DNA of 43,794 nucleotides from a virus (taxonomy: Duplodnaviria; Heunggongvirae; Uroviricota; Caudoviricetes). The stretch lies in IMG/VR virus record IMGVR_UViG_2734482574_000013; one strand, written 5' to 3'. The position numbers and the translations under genes are program-made. Shown here piece after piece: positions 29,227-39,984 of the stretch (its first letter is position 1; each line of letters starts with the position of its first letter). Below the pieces are notes generated by a model that made no database searches, was not told the DNA's origin, and saw only the letters and a list, made by a program, of their open reading frames with translations.

Positions 29227-29991
29227 ATGAAACTGAAAACGGTCGAGATTAACGGAAAACAATACGCAGAAATTGATACTGCTGGCCTGCCAGTTTATGT
29301 GCACGACGATGGTAAAGAAATTGGCTTCGATGCACCGCTGGCGACAAAAAAAATTACAGAGCTTAATGGCGAGGCAAAAAATCATCGCCTGGCTAAAGAA
29401 GCTGCAGAGGAAAAACTGGCTAAGTTTGCCGCTATCGAAGACCCGAAGAAGGCGATCGAGGCACTGGAAATGCTGTCAAAAATCGACCAGAAAAAGCTGC
29501 TCGATGCGGGACAGGTTGACCAGGTTAAGGCAGAAATTACGAAAAATTTTCAGCAGCAATTAGATGAAGAAAAGCAACGCTCTCAGATGCTGGAGAAGCA
29601 GCTTTACGATTCTATGATTGGCGGTAGTTTTGCGGGTTCAAAATATATTGCCGATAAAATTGCGATCCCGGCAGATTTATTACAAGCCCGCTTCGGGCAG
29701 GCATTCAAAGTGGAAGAAGGGAGGATCGTTGCTTATGACGCTTCCGGCAACAAAATTTATTCCCGCGCGAAGCCTGGCGAACTGGCGCAGTTTGATGAGG
29801 CGCTGGAGTTCCTTGTCGAAAATTACCCTCAGAAAGACTACATCCTGAAAGCCAGTGGCAACAATGGCGGCGGCTCCCGTCCGACACAGCATGATATTGG
29901 TCAGAAAACGATGAAACGCTCTGCTTTTGATGCACTGGATGTTGCAGGTAAGCAAAACGCATTGAAAGACGGTATCACAATCGTTGATTAA
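29227..29991 (+). CDS. Probable scaffolding protein (254 aa from MKLKTVEING)
   Basis: Charged, helix-prone, low-complexity sequence between the head morphogenesis and capsid genes; the track ORF start at 29155 lies inside the terminator. Confidence 0.55.
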   Translation: MKLKTVEINGKQYAEIDTAGLPVYVHDDGKEIGFDAPLATKKITELNGEAKNHRLAKEAAEEKLAKFAAIEDPKKAIEALEMLSKIDQKKLLDAGQVDQVKAEITKNFQQQLDEEKQRSQMLEKQLYDSMIGGSFAGSKYIADKIAIPADLLQARFGQAFKVEEGRIVAYDASGNKIYSRAKPGELAQFDEALEFLVENYPQKDYILKASGNNGGGSRPTQHDIGQKTMKRSAFDALDVAGKQNALKDGITIVD

Positions 29992-30089
29992 CACATTTGT
30001 CAGCTTCCGGATGGGAGCTGGTGTCAGGGCTGGATAGCTCATTACTCCATCTATTCACAATTACGCAAATTTTTAAGGAATATTTAATT

Positions 30090-31229
30090 ATGGCTGGAAA
30101 TACCCTGACCGGGTTGATCCCGACTATTTATACCGCCCTGGATGTTGTATCCCGTGAGCAGGTAGGTTTTATCCCTGCGGTAGCAAAAAACGCAAAAGCT
30201 GACGCCGCAGCAAAAGATCAGACGGTAACCGCGCCAGTTGCGCCTGAGGCGAAAACCGAAGATATCGTACCGGGGCCGTCAGCTCCGAATACCGGTGATC
30301 AAAATATTGGCACTGTTGATGTAAAAATTACTAAATCCAAAATGGCACCGGTTAAATGGAATGGTGAAGAACAACTGGCTCTTGGCCCTTCAGGGACTTA
30401 CAACACCATTCTGGCTGATCAGTTCAAGCAGGCTTTTCGCGCCCTTGCAAACGAGGTTGAGGCTGATCTTGGTGCGTTGTATTTCGGTGCTTCCCGCGCC
30501 GTGGGAACCGCAGGGACAACGCCGTTTGGTGTTAAAGATGATCTTTCTGATGCTGCTCTGGCTCGTCAGGTTCTGGAGGATAACGGCGCACCGACAACCG
30601 ATCTGCAGATGGTGCTTGGCTCCACTGCCATTGCTAATTTGCGCGGAAAACAGTCTGTATTGTTTAAAGTGAATGAATCCGGCACTGAACAGCTACTGCG
30701 TGAGGGCGTGTTGGGGCGTCTGGAGGGATTCAATATTCACAGTTCGGCAGGTGTGAAACGAGCGCCAAAGGTTGCTGCAACTGGTTATCTCGTGAATGGA
30801 GAGAAAAAAGAAGGCGATGTTCTTATTTCCATTGATACTGGTTCGGGGAGTATTTCTGCAGGTCAGATTGTTACGTTCGCTGGTGATCCGAATCAGTATG
30901 TTGTGGCAGCAGCGACCAGCAATCTGATTACTCTTGCAGCGCCCGGACTGCGTCAGGATCTGGCCGATGATACTGCCATCACAGTTGTTGGGGCCTTTAC
31001 TGCAAATATGGCGTTTGATCGCAACGCGTTTCTGCTGGCATCCCGTACTCCGGCAATGCCGGAAGGTGGCGATAATGCTGATGATGTAATGAATGTTACG
31101 GACCCGATTTCAGGGATTACGTTCCAGATTGCACTGTATCGTCAGTATCGCCAGGTGCGCTATGAAGTTGGACTGGCATGGGGTGTTTCATCAGTGAAGC
31201 CGGCACATGGTTGTCTGATTCTTGGTTAA
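30090..31229 (+). CDS. Major capsid protein (379 aa from MAGNTLTG)
   Basis: RBS AAGGAA before the ATG at 30090; size and position; followed by a strong terminator. Confidence 0.78.
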   Translation: MAGNTLTGLIPTIYTALDVVSREQVGFIPAVAKNAKADAAAKDQTVTAPVAPEAKTEDIVPGPSAPNTGDQNIGTVDVKITKSKMAPVKWNGEEQLALGPSGTYNTILADQFKQAFRALANEVEADLGALYFGASRAVGTAGTTPFGVKDDLSDAALARQVLEDNGAPTTDLQMVLGSTAIANLRGKQSVLFKVNESGTEQLLREGVLGRLEGFNIHSSAGVKRAPKVAATGYLVNGEKKEGDVLISIDTGSGSISAGQIVTFAGDPNQYVVAAATSNLITLAAPGLRQDLADDTAITVVGAFTANMAFDRNAFLLASRTPAMPEGGDNADDVMNVTDPISGITFQIALYRQYRQVRYEVGLAWGVSSVKPAHGCLILG

Positions 31230-31239
31230 ACATTCAAAC

Positions 31240-31260
31240 GGGGCTTCGGCCCCATTTTTA
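31240..31260 (+). terminator. Intrinsic terminator (GGGGC-ttcg-GCCCC then ATTTTTA) after the capsid gene
   Basis: GC stem with TTCG tetraloop and T-run. Confidence 0.6.
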
Positions 31261-31271
31261 ATGGGGGGCAT

Positions 31272-31448
31272 ATGGCCGGATTAACTAAAGAGCAAAGAGC
31301 ACAGCGTGAAGCCGCACAAAAAACGCAAATTGAGTTAGTGGTTATGGTGACCGATTATCAGATGTTTCCCGGCGCACCAACTATCGCTAATGTTCATCCT
31401 GATGAAGTTGACAACTGGAAGGCTATGGGCTGGAAAACTCAGGAGTAA
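31272..31448 (+). CDS. Small head-associated ORF (58 aa, MAGLTKEQRAQREAAQKTQ...)
   Basis: Below the ORF-track cutoff; fills the gap between capsid and connector genes. Confidence 0.35.
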   Translation: MAGLTKEQRAQREAAQKTQIELVVMVTDYQMFPGAPTIANVHPDEVDNWKAMGWKTQE

Positions 31449-31451
31449 CAC

Positions 31452-31847
31452 ATGATCACTTACGTGACCTGTGATGACGTTGATAATGCGTTTGGGAACG
31501 CCTGGACGAGTGAGAACGCTAAAAATAAAGCTGTTTTAATGGCTAATGCCTGGCTTAATGGCTTCAACCTGAAAATTAACCCATCCCGTATTCCGGAAGA
31601 GGTAAAACTTGCGGGAGCATATGCAGCCAGAATTGCCTCATTCGGTAAGTTGTTTCAGCAGAAAAATGATTCTGGCGTTGTTATCAGTAAAGCCGTGTCG
31701 GCTGACGGGGTCAGTGTATCGAAATCATTTTCTGAGTTGCCAGCAAACAGCACTGCATTGCTTGAACCCGATTTACAGCTTGCGATAGCACTGCTGAAAC
31801 CGTACGGACTTAGTCGCTCACAAGTCAGGGTTGTGAGGGGGGGATAA
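31452..31847 (+). CDS. Head-tail connector / head completion protein (131 aa)
   Basis: Position and size; start 3 nt after the upstream stop. Confidence 0.55.
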   Translation: MITYVTCDDVDNAFGNAWTSENAKNKAVLMANAWLNGFNLKINPSRIPEEVKLAGAYAARIASFGKLFQQKNDSGVVISKAVSADGVSVSKSFSELPANSTALLEPDLQLAIALLKPYGLSRSQVRVVRGG

Positions 31848-32230
31848 TGGGGCTTCGTGAAGAGATTCAGTCAGAGGTTGCCGCTGCTTTTGATGAGGAT
31901 TTAGCGGACGCCGTGAGTGATTTTTCTGGTTCTTACGTTACGCACCGGCACTGGGATCCTGTGACGGAAACTGGCGGCGAATCAACCGCAATCTATACCG
32001 GGCGAGGCGTGTTGACACGTTATAAGCTGGGCAGAATTGATGGGATTAATATTTTGCATGGTGACCTTAAATTAACCGCTCTGGTATGCGAGGTTACGGA
32101 TAAACCAGCTGTCGACCATATTATTGAGATTTATGATCCTGTATCAAGGCAGTTACAACGATACGAGGTAATTACAGCAAGTGTAGATCCTTCCGCATCA
32201 GTTTACTCTATCCAGTTAAGGAGAGCGTAA
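31847..32230 (+). CDS. Head-tail joining protein (127 aa)
   Basis: Start overlaps the upstream stop; position in the neck module. Confidence 0.5.
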   Translation: MGLREEIQSEVAAAFDEDLADAVSDFSGSYVTHRHWDPVTETGGESTAIYTGRGVLTRYKLGRIDGINILHGDLKLTALVCEVTDKPAVDHIIEIYDPVSRQLQRYEVITASVDPSASVYSIQLRRA

Positions 32231-32611
32231 ATGGCAAAGGCATGGGATATAGAACCGTCAATATTTGCCGGGATGATTGAGGAAGATGTAGGGCTGAAGA
32301 TTCGCTACATCGCTATGCAGATTCTTACTGCTATTGATATTGCTGCTCCGGTTGATACCGGACGTTTCAGAAATAACAACCTGGTGTCGTTACAGCATCC
32401 CGATTTTGGTATATCTGATAACGTGGATCCGAACGGTACGATTGCTGTTCAGCGTGGGATCGGGGTTATTTCGAAAGCTGCAAATTACGGGGTTATTTAT
32501 ATCCAGAATAACCTTCCTTATGCAGAGGCTCTTGAAAACGGTCATTCACAACAAGCGCCAACTGGCGTGTATGCCAACGCTTTTCATGGTGTTTTACAGG
32601 CTTACAAATGA
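32231..32611 (+). CDS. Tail completion / neck protein (126 aa)
   Basis: Tightly packed with neighbours in the neck module. Confidence 0.5.
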   Translation: MAKAWDIEPSIFAGMIEEDVGLKIRYIAMQILTAIDIAAPVDTGRFRNNNLVSLQHPDFGISDNVDPNGTIAVQRGIGVISKAANYGVIYIQNNLPYAEALENGHSQQAPTGVYANAFHGVLQAYK

Positions 32612-33000
32612 AGTTTACTGAAATCAGAAATACGGTTATTTCCAGAATGACGGCACAGACGATTATTGATGGAAAAGACGTATTGTATCCGAACGGGCCA
32701 ACGTTCGATCCTTCCGGTAAGTTAATCTGGGCGCGGTTAAGTAATATTCCCGGGCAGGCTGGAGTTAATGAAATTGGCGCGGGGCCGGTTGTTTATCGCA
32801 CGGGGATAATCATTATTCAGTTATTTGTCCCCGCAGGTTCTGGTTCAAAACTCATTACTGAGACAGCCGATAAATTGCGGGAACTGTTTGAGTTTCAGGA
32901 TGACGATCGTCTCAGTTACCAGGCTGTTTCCTCAATAGCCGTTGGCGAAAAGAATGGCTGGTTCCAGCTTAATCTTCAAATTCCATATCGCGCGCTCTAG
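32608..33000 (+). CDS. Tail terminator-like protein (130 aa)
   Basis: 4-nt overlap with the upstream gene; immediately precedes the major tail gene. Confidence 0.5.
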   Translation: MKFTEIRNTVISRMTAQTIIDGKDVLYPNGPTFDPSGKLIWARLSNIPGQAGVNEIGAGPVVYRTGIIIIQLFVPAGSGSKLITETADKLRELFEFQDDDRLSYQAVSSIAVGEKNGWFQLNLQIPYRAL

Positions 33001-33026
33001 CGCAATTAATGACATAGGAGGCTCCT

Positions 33027-33989
33027 GTGAGTTCAGGTGCAAAGGTTATCTCGGCATTTATCCGGGAGACGGTTGCAGGCACTACGCCAGCAAGTGGTGA
33101 CTGGAGTTTATTAAAACGCACAAGCTGGGGAGTAAAACCCACCCAGAATAAAGGCGAAAATAATGAGATTGGTGGCTCCCGGATGGCTCAGGGGGCGACG
33201 CCTGGCACTGTGGATGTCGGCGGTGATGTTGGTACCAAATTTCGCTGGGGTCAACATGATGATTTTCTTGCATCCTGTTTCGGCGCGGAATGGTCAGGCG
33301 ATTCTCTGACAATGGGGAATGAGCGAATAACATTTTCTCTGGCGACCTATGCGTCCGATGTCGGAATTGCCTCTGTCGTCAGAGGAGCGCAGGTTGGCTC
33401 ATGGAAAATGCAGATCCCTAACGACGGCGATATTACAGCGACCGTAACCTTTGCCGGACTGGACTGGGAATCAAAGGCCGATGATACGAATTTTATCAAA
33501 GGCGAACCTGTGGATAGTGCAGGAAAGCTACGTTATTCGTTTAAGGAGGTTTCAGCAGTAAGCCTGAATGGTGTTGCCGGAGGTAACGGTTTTTGTATCG
33601 ACAGTTTTGATATTCAGTTCGATAACAAACTCCAGACACAGCGTTGTATCGGGACTGGCTCGCCTTATGCAGGAGCAAATATTCCGACTACTTTTACACC
33701 GTCCGGTACGGTGACGCTTTCATGGTCTAAAGCCGCGTGGGAAATCTGGAGTAAAACACTGACTGGAGAAACAGTTCCGTTCAGCTTCACGCTTTCGAAT
33801 GGAGAGGGGGCATACACTTTCAGTTTCCCGAAGGTTCAGGTGTCAGGTGAATGGCCTGATGGGGGTAATAGCGACATTATCCAGGTTCAATTGAGCATTA
33901 CCGCAGCAGATGAAGCACCTACGATAACCAGAAAAAAAAATTCCCCGGCTGCCGTGATCGCAAAAGCCAGTGCTGAGGCGATTAGTTGA
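33027..33989 (+). CDS. Major tail (tube) protein (320 aa)
   Basis: Position directly upstream of the tail assembly chaperone; contains an A9 tract at 33932-33940. Confidence 0.68.
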   Translation: MSSGAKVISAFIRETVAGTTPASGDWSLLKRTSWGVKPTQNKGENNEIGGSRMAQGATPGTVDVGGDVGTKFRWGQHDDFLASCFGAEWSGDSLTMGNERITFSLATYASDVGIASVVRGAQVGSWKMQIPNDGDITATVTFAGLDWESKADDTNFIKGEPVDSAGKLRYSFKEVSAVSLNGVAGGNGFCIDSFDIQFDNKLQTQRCIGTGSPYAGANIPTTFTPSGTVTLSWSKAAWEIWSKTLTGETVPFSFTLSNGEGAYTFSFPKVQVSGEWPDGGNSDIIQVQLSITAADEAPTITRKKNSPAAVIAKASAEAIS

Positions 33990-34037
33990 TTTTCCGTTAT
34001 TCCTCCTGTGGTACTGCCCTACAGGGGGACGCATTGA

Positions 34038-34499
34038 ATGAGGTTATGGATGTTTATTCTTAATCAGAAAATTATCATTGGTGGAGAACGCTGGTTTACG
34101 CCAATGAAGGACTTAAAACCTGTAGACGGGTTAAAACTGTTGGTGGCAAGCAGCGATAACGATCAGTATCGCTCCCGTAATGCATTAATCCGTCGCCACA
34201 TTGAGAAAATGGATGCCAGTTTGCACGTCGGAACGAAGGAGTTTGATATTTCAAAGGTTTCCGAGGTGGATTCTGTTGATGATTTACTCATTGATAATGC
34301 CGCTCGTTATCTGCTGAAAGACTGGAAAGGGGTTGGTGAACTGGTTAATGGTGTTGAGGTTGCACTGGAATATACGGCAGAACGAGGGATCGCGCTGCTT
34401 AAGCAGAATCCAGAGTTGTACTGGCAGATCCTTGCAGAAGCAGCCAGCATCGCCCAGGGTAAAGAGCAGCAGAAGCAGGATACGATAAAAAAGCCATAG
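34038..34499 (+). CDS. Tail assembly chaperone, lambda G-like (153 aa)
   Basis: RBS GGGGGA before the ATG; slippery heptamer A AAA AAG at 34487-34493 just before the stop. Confidence 0.75.
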   Translation: MRLWMFILNQKIIIGGERWFTPMKDLKPVDGLKLLVASSDNDQYRSRNALIRRHIEKMDASLHVGTKEFDISKVSEVDSVDDLLIDNAARYLLKDWKGVGELVNGVEVALEYTAERGIALLKQNPELYWQILAEAASIAQGKEQQKQDTIKKP

Positions 34500-34807
34500 C
34501 TGCCCAGCGGTGGTTATCGGAGTTCGGGGGAGAAAGGGGGGAAAAGGCAAGATGGAAGCGAGAAAAACTCAGGTTGCCACCGATACCGGAACCAGAAATA
34601 GACCCGGTGCTTAAGGAGTTGTTGTACGCCTATTCGGTAATATCCCGTGCCCGACGTTATGCTGGAATGGCTGGGGTGCCTTTGCCTTTATCTCTGACAG
34701 AGATAAATGAATATTTAGCCACTCATCCGGTATTGATTGAGCGCGATGAATTTGAAGCAGTGATCTTTGCACTGGATGACCAGTATTTTCAGGAGCAGTG
34801 TGTGTAG
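34038..34807 (+). CDS. Predicted G-T-like fusion made by programmed -1 frameshift at A AAA AAG (34487-34493)
   Basis: The -1 frame from the heptamer is open and joins in frame to the track ORF 34574-34807; arrangement matches the conserved chaperone frameshift. Confidence 0.6.
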
Positions 34808-34927
34808 TTGTTAATTACGTACACTCTGTTACAGAGATGTGATGGTGTCTTTAATTAAATCGATGATGCTCCTGGAGAAAAGCATTGCGTGGCCTCGTAA
34901 TCGCTATATCTACTATTATGTCGCCTG

Positions 34928-34952
34928 AAACCCACTTCGCGGTGGGTTTTTT
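34928..34952 (+). terminator. Intrinsic terminator-like hairpin (AAACCCAC-ttcgcg-GTGGGTTT then T-run) before the tape measure gene
   Basis: 8-bp stem with T-tract; followed by the tape measure RBS and ATG at 34973. Confidence 0.5.
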
Positions 34953-34972
34953 GTTGTCAGGAGTTTTAATAA

Positions 34973-37900
34973 ATGGCAGAGCAAACCTCGCGTCTCGCAA
35001 TAATTATTGATAGCACTGGAGCGAAAAATAATGCTGACAATCTGACCTCCTCATTAGTCAAAATGACGCAGGCTGGGGAAACTGCTGCAAATAGCGCAGG
35101 GAAAGTGACTAAGGCAACAGAAGATGAGAAGAACGCGCTCGCAAAATTAAAAGCAGCTATTGATCCAGTTGGTGCCGCAATTGATACTGTCGGTCGACGC
35201 TATTCTGAATTAAAGAAATTTTTCGATAAAGGGCTTATTGATAAAGAAGAATATGAATTTCTTGTCCGTAAACTTAATGAAACCACAGAGGAATTGAGCG
35301 GGGTTGCGCAAGCGCAGAGAGAAGCCGAGAAGGCCGGAAAACTTGCTGCCGCCCAGCAGGAAGCGCAGGCTCAGGCCTTTCAAAGAATGCTGGACAAGAT
35401 CGACCCTCTGGCTGCGGCGCTAAGAAATCTTGAACAACAGCATGATGAACTTAATGCTGCGTTTGCATCCGGGAAAATAAATGGTTCTCAGTTTGAGAAT
35501 TATAGCCGAAAAATACAGGAAACACGGCGAGAGCTTACCGGAGAGGCTCAGGCAGAGCGAGAAGCAGCAAAAGCGCATGATGAACAGGTTGTTGCTTTGC
35601 AACGTCTGATTGCTCAACTTGATCCTGTCGGAACTGCTTTTAATCGTCTGGTAGAACAACAGAAACAGCTCAATGAAGCAAAAGCTAAGGGGATGCTTTC
35701 TCCTGAAATGTATGAGGAGCTTTCTGGAAAACTTCGTGCTATGCGGAGTGAGCTTGAGGTTACTCAATCACAATTAAGCAAAACCGGAATGTCGGCAAAA
35801 CAAACGGCTTTTGCTATGCGCATGTTGCCTGTACAAATGACGGATATTGTTGTTGGGTTGTCCACTGGTCAGTCGCCATTTATGGTGTTAATGCAGCAGG
35901 GCGGCCAGCTAAAAGATATGTTCGGTGGGATTGGCCCGGCGATCAAAGGTGTAGGTTCTTATGTGCTGGGATTAATTAATCCTTTTACCCTGGCCGCAGC
36001 AGCCGTTGGGGTCTTAGGACTGGCTTACTATAAAGGCTCTCAGGAGCAGGACGAATTTAATAAATCTCTTATTCTTACCGGAAATCAGTTGGGGACAACC
36101 AGCGGGCAATTGGGCGATATAGCTCAACGTGCCGGGAATGCGGCTGATTCGACAACTGGTGCTGCGGCGGCAGTATTAAATCAGCTTGTGCGTTCGGGAA
36201 AGGTAGCGAGCAGTTCGCTGGAGCAAGTGACGACAGCGATAGTAAAAACGAGCGAAGTAACAGGAATATCAACCGAACAACTGGTTAATGACTTCAATGA
36301 AATTGCAAAGGATCCTGTCAGTGCCATATCAAAACTTAATGATCAGTACCATTTTCTGACACTTGCGACTTATAACCAGATTAAGGCGCTACAGGATGAA
36401 GGGAACCAGCAGGAGGCCGCCCGCATTGCGACAGAAGAATACTCATCCTCAATGATCCAGCGCACCAACCAGATTAAAGAAAATCTTGGTTATCTTGAGA
36501 CTGCATGGAAAGCTGTCGCAGACTCCGCAAAATGGGCATGGGATTCCATGCTGGATATTGGCCGTGAGGCCTCCCTTGATCAAAAAATCTCAGATGTTCT
36601 CCGTCAAATTGATGAAATAGAAAAAAATACCCGACCCGGAGTTTTCGGGTTAGGTGGCATTGGAGATGGCGGAGCTCAAAATAAAAGGCTGGCACGATTA
36701 AAGCAGCAATTGGGCGTACTTCAAGCAGAAAAAATTGCTCAGGACGTACTAAATTCATCAATAAACGATTACAACAAGCGACAACAGGAAGGAATTGAAC
36801 TCAGACAGAGAGCAGATGCCTTTTCAAAACAATATCAGACCCGGGAGCAGCAGAGAGCTAGTGAACTTGCAAAACTGGAAAAGCTAAAGAATCAGTATTC
36901 AAAGGAAGAATATAATAATCTTATCGCTCAAATAAATGAGCGTTATAAAGATCCAAAGCAACCAAAGGCGAAAGGTTATTCTGATGATGCAGCCCAACGA
37001 ATGATTGATCATCTGAATCAACAGAATGCGTTACTAAGTTCACAAGCTGAGTTGACCGTTAAATTAAGTTCCTCTGAACAGGAACTGGTTAAGTGGCGTC
37101 AGCGGATTGCCGACCTAGAGTCACGACCATCATCGAAATTAACCCAGGATCAGAAATCGCTTCTCTTACACCGGGAAGAAATAACCACGTTGATGGAGAA
37201 AAATGTTGCGATTGAAAAAAATAACAGGCTAATCAAGGAATCCGCCGAAATAACAGCATGGCGTGATTCATTGCAGGCTTCGATTGATAATCGTCAGCAG
37301 GGGTATGATATTCAGATTGCTGGTTATGGGGTTGGCGATAAAAATCAGCAACGCCAGCAGGAATTACTGCGGATTGAACATGGATATAACAATCAGCGTC
37401 TGCAACTTGAACGTGACTATGCAGATAAATCCCGTGGAATGTCAGATCATGTTTTTCAAGAGAAAATGCAGGCTCTGAATGATGCTCTGGAACGGGAAAA
37501 AGAAATTGTCAGACAGAAAAACGAGCAGCTCGATATTCAGGCAGGAGACTGGGTTAGTGGTGCCTCCCAGGGATTCAATAACTGGCTGGATGACACTAAG
37601 GATATCAGTGAGCAGATAAAATCAACCACGACTCAGATGTTTGATGGGATGACCGATGCGCTGGGTGATTTTGTCACGACAGGCAAGGCAAATTTTCGTT
37701 CTTTCGCTACTTCCGTGATTTCGGATCTTAGTCGAATAGCATTAAAGGCTTCAATTACTGGGATTTTCGACAGCATTAGTAACAGTTCTTCTGGGGGGAT
37801 TTTAGGAACTATCGGGAGTGCTATTAGTAAATTTATTCCGAATGCAAAGGGCGGTGTTTATGAGTCTCCGTCATTGAGCACGTATTCGAACGGTATTTAT

Positions 37901-38206
37901 GATTCCCCGCAATTTTTTGCTTTTGCAAAAGGGGCTGGTGTTTTTGGTGAGGCTGGACCGGAAGCCATTATGCCATTAACACGAACTTCCGATGGTTCTC
38001 TTGGTGTCAGAGCTATTAATAGTAAAAGTGGTAATGGAGGCGGAGATATTACCTATGCCCCTGTATACCAAATCACTATTCAAAATGACGGCCAGAATGG
38101 AGAGATTGGCCCTCAGGCAATAAAAGCACTTATGGGGATGGTTGATCAGCGGGTGCAGGGCAATCTGTTAAATATGCGACGTGATGGGGGAATGTTAAGT
38201 GGCTAA
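34973..38206 (+). CDS. Tail tape measure protein (1077 aa)
   Basis: Very long coiled-coil-rich ORF following the chaperone pair. Confidence 0.9.
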   Translation: MAEQTSRLAIIIDSTGAKNNADNLTSSLVKMTQAGETAANSAGKVTKATEDEKNALAKLKAAIDPVGAAIDTVGRRYSELKKFFDKGLIDKEEYEFLVRKLNETTEELSGVAQAQREAEKAGKLAAAQQEAQAQAFQRMLDKIDPLAAALRNLEQQHDELNAAFASGKINGSQFENYSRKIQETRRELTGEAQAEREAAKAHDEQVVALQRLIAQLDPVGTAFNRLVEQQKQLNEAKAKGMLSPEMYEELSGKLRAMRSELEVTQSQLSKTGMSAKQTAFAMRMLPVQMTDIVVGLSTGQSPFMVLMQQGGQLKDMFGGIGPAIKGVGSYVLGLINPFTLAAAAVGVLGLAYYKGSQEQDEFNKSLILTGNQLGTTSGQLGDIAQRAGNAADSTTGAAAAVLNQLVRSGKVASSSLEQVTTAIVKTSEVTGISTEQLVNDFNEIAKDPVSAISKLNDQYHFLTLATYNQIKALQDEGNQQEAARIATEEYSSSMIQRTNQIKENLGYLETAWKAVADSAKWAWDSMLDIGREASLDQKISDVLRQIDEIEKNTRPGVFGLGGIGDGGAQNKRLARLKQQLGVLQAEKIAQDVLNSSINDYNKRQQEGIELRQRADAFSKQYQTREQQRASELAKLEKLKNQYSKEEYNNLIAQINERYKDPKQPKAKGYSDDAAQRMIDHLNQQNALLSSQAELTVKLSSSEQELVKWRQRIADLESRPSSKLTQDQKSLLLHREEITTLMEKNVAIEKNNRLIKESAEITAWRDSLQASIDNRQQGYDIQIAGYGVGDKNQQRQQELLRIEHGYNNQRLQLERDYADKSRGMSDHVFQEKMQALNDALEREKEIVRQKNEQLDIQAGDWVSGASQGFNNWLDDTKDISEQIKSTTTQMFDGMTDALGDFVTTGKANFRSFATSVISDLSRIALKASITGIFDSISNSSSGGILGTIGSAISKFIPNAKGGVYESPSLSTYSNGIYDSPQFFAFAKGAGVFGEAGPEAIMPLTRTSDGSLGVRAINSKSGNGGGDITYAPVYQITIQNDGQNGEIGPQAIKALMGMVDQRVQGNLLNMRRDGGMLSG

Positions 38207-38537
38207 TACGGAAGAATTTCACTGGTTACCAGAGGATGGAATGAAAACAGAAAATAAACCATCGATAAAAACTGTAAGATTTGGTGATGGTTATGAGCAA
38301 CGAAGTCCAAATGGACTTAATCATTCTCTGCGCGTTTTCACCTGTGATTTCAAAGTTGAGGCGAATGAACGTGATTCATTTGAAAAATTTTTAGCCCGGC
38401 ATGAAGGCTATAAATCTTTTTTTTGGCGCCCGCCGGGTATTAACAGAAAAATCAGAGTGGTGTGTCGAACGTGGTCAGCGACAGAACATATCACCTATAC
38501 CGATTTTTCGTGTCAGTTTGACGAAGTGGTGATCTGA
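38199..38537 (+). CDS. Minor tail protein, lambda M-like (112 aa)
   Basis: Segment [16 protein letters not shown] resembles recalled lambda gpM; overlaps the tape measure stop. Confidence 0.82.
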   Translation: MANTEEFHWLPEDGMKTENKPSIKTVRFGDGYEQRSPNGLNHSLRVFTCDFKVEANERDSFEKFLARHEGYKSFFWRPPGINRKIRVVCRTWSATEHITYTDFSCQFDEVVI

Positions 38538-39235
38538 TGCAGGACATACAACAGGAAACGCTGAATGAATGCATTCGTGCGGAGCAGTCGGCCAGCGTGG
38601 TGCTCTGGGAAATCGACCTGACCGAGGTAGGCGGGGATCGCTACTTTTTCTGCAATGAGCAGAACGAGAAAGGAGAGTCTGTCACCTGGCAGAGTCGGCA
38701 GTATCAGGCCTATCCCATTCAGGGGAGTGGATTTGAGATGAACGGCAAAGGTGCCAGTGCAAGGCCAACGCTGAAAGTCTCTAATCTGCACGGCATGGTC
38801 ACCGGGATGGCGGAAGACCTGCAGAGTCTGGTCGGCGGAACGGTGGTCAGGCGTAAGGTTTACGCCCGTTTTCTGGATGCGGTGAACTTCGTCAACGGAA
38901 ACAGTGACGCCGATCCGGAGCAGGAGGTGATCAGCCGCTGGCGTATTGAGCAGTGCAGCGAACTGAGCGCGGTCAGTGCCTCCTTTGTACTGTCCACGCC
39001 GACGGAAACGGACGGCGCTGTTTTTCCGGGGCGCATCATGCTTGCTAATACCTGCACCTGGACCTATCGCGGTGATGAGTGCGGTTATCACGGTCCGGCT
39101 GTCGCGGATGAATATGACCAGCCAACGTCCGATATCACGAAGGATAAATGCAGCAAATGCCTGAGCGGTTGTAAGTTCCGCAATAACGTCGGCAACTTTG
39201 GCGGCTTCCTTTCCATTAACAAACTTTCGCAGTAA
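38537..39235 (+). CDS. Minor tail protein, lambda L-like (232 aa)
   Basis: Position and size in the lambda M-L-K-I-J order; C-terminal Cys cluster. Confidence 0.85.
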   Translation: MQDIQQETLNECIRAEQSASVVLWEIDLTEVGGDRYFFCNEQNEKGESVTWQSRQYQAYPIQGSGFEMNGKGASARPTLKVSNLHGMVTGMAEDLQSLVGGTVVRRKVYARFLDAVNFVNGNSDADPEQEVISRWRIEQCSELSAVSASFVLSTPTETDGAVFPGRIMLANTCTWTYRGDECGYHGPAVADEYDQPTSDITKDKCSKCLSGCKFRNNVGNFGGFLSINKLSQ

Positions 39236-39240
39236 ATCCC

Positions 39241-39984
39241 ATGACACAGACAGAATCAGCGATTCTGGCGCACGCCCGGCGATGTGCGCCAGCGGAGTCG
39301 TGCGGCTTCGTGGTGAGAACACCGGAGGGGGAAAGATATTTTCCCTGCGTGAATATTTCCGGTGAGCCGGAGGAGTATTTCCGGATGGCTCCGGAGGACT
39401 GGCTGCAGGCAGAGATGCAGGGTGAGATTGTGGCACTGGTCCACAGCCACCCCGGTGGTCTGCCCTGGCTGAGTGAGGCCGACCGGCGGCTGCAGGTGCA
39501 GAGTGATTTGTCGTGGTGGCTGGTCTGCCGCGGGGCGATTCACAAGTTCCGCTGTGTGCCGCATCTCACCGGGCGGCGCTTTGAGCACGGGGTGACGGAC
39601 TGTTACACGCTGTTCCGGGACGCTTACCATCTGGCGGGAATTGAGATGCCAGATTTTCATCGTGAGGACGACTGGTGGCGTAATGGTCAGAATCTCTATC
39701 TGGATAATCTGGAGGCTACAGGGCTGTATCAGGTGCCGTTGTCAACGGCGCAGCCGGGCGATGTGCTGCTGTGCTGTTTTGGTTCATCGGTGCCGAATCA
39801 TGCCGCCATTTACTGTGGTGACGGCGAGCTGCTGCACCATATTCCTGAACAACTGAGCAAACGAGAGAGGTATACCGACAAATGGCAGCGACGCACACAC
39901 TCCCTCTGGCGTCACCGGGCATGGCACGCATCTGCCTTTACGGGGATTTGCAGCGATTTGGCCGCCGCATCGACCTTCGTGTGA
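39241..39984 (+). CDS. Tail assembly protein, lambda K-like (247 aa)
   Basis: HSHP motif (VALVHSHPGG) and C-terminal Cys/His region; order after L. Confidence 0.85.
   Translation: MTQTESAILAHARRCAPAESCGFVVRTPEGERYFPCVNISGEPEEYFRMAPEDWLQAEMQGEIVALVHSHPGGLPWLSEADRRLQVQSDLSWWLVCRGAIHKFRCVPHLTGRRFEHGVTDCYTLFRDAYHLAGIEMPDFHREDDWWRNGQNLYLDNLEATGLYQVPLSTAQPGDVLLCCFGSSVPNHAAIYCGDGELLHHIPEQLSKRERYTDKWQRRTHSLWRHRAWHASAFTGICSDLAAASTFV

Noticed and set aside
35420-35767. 115-aa minus-strand ORF inside the tape measure gene
   Set aside because: Antisense shadow of a highly supported long ORF.
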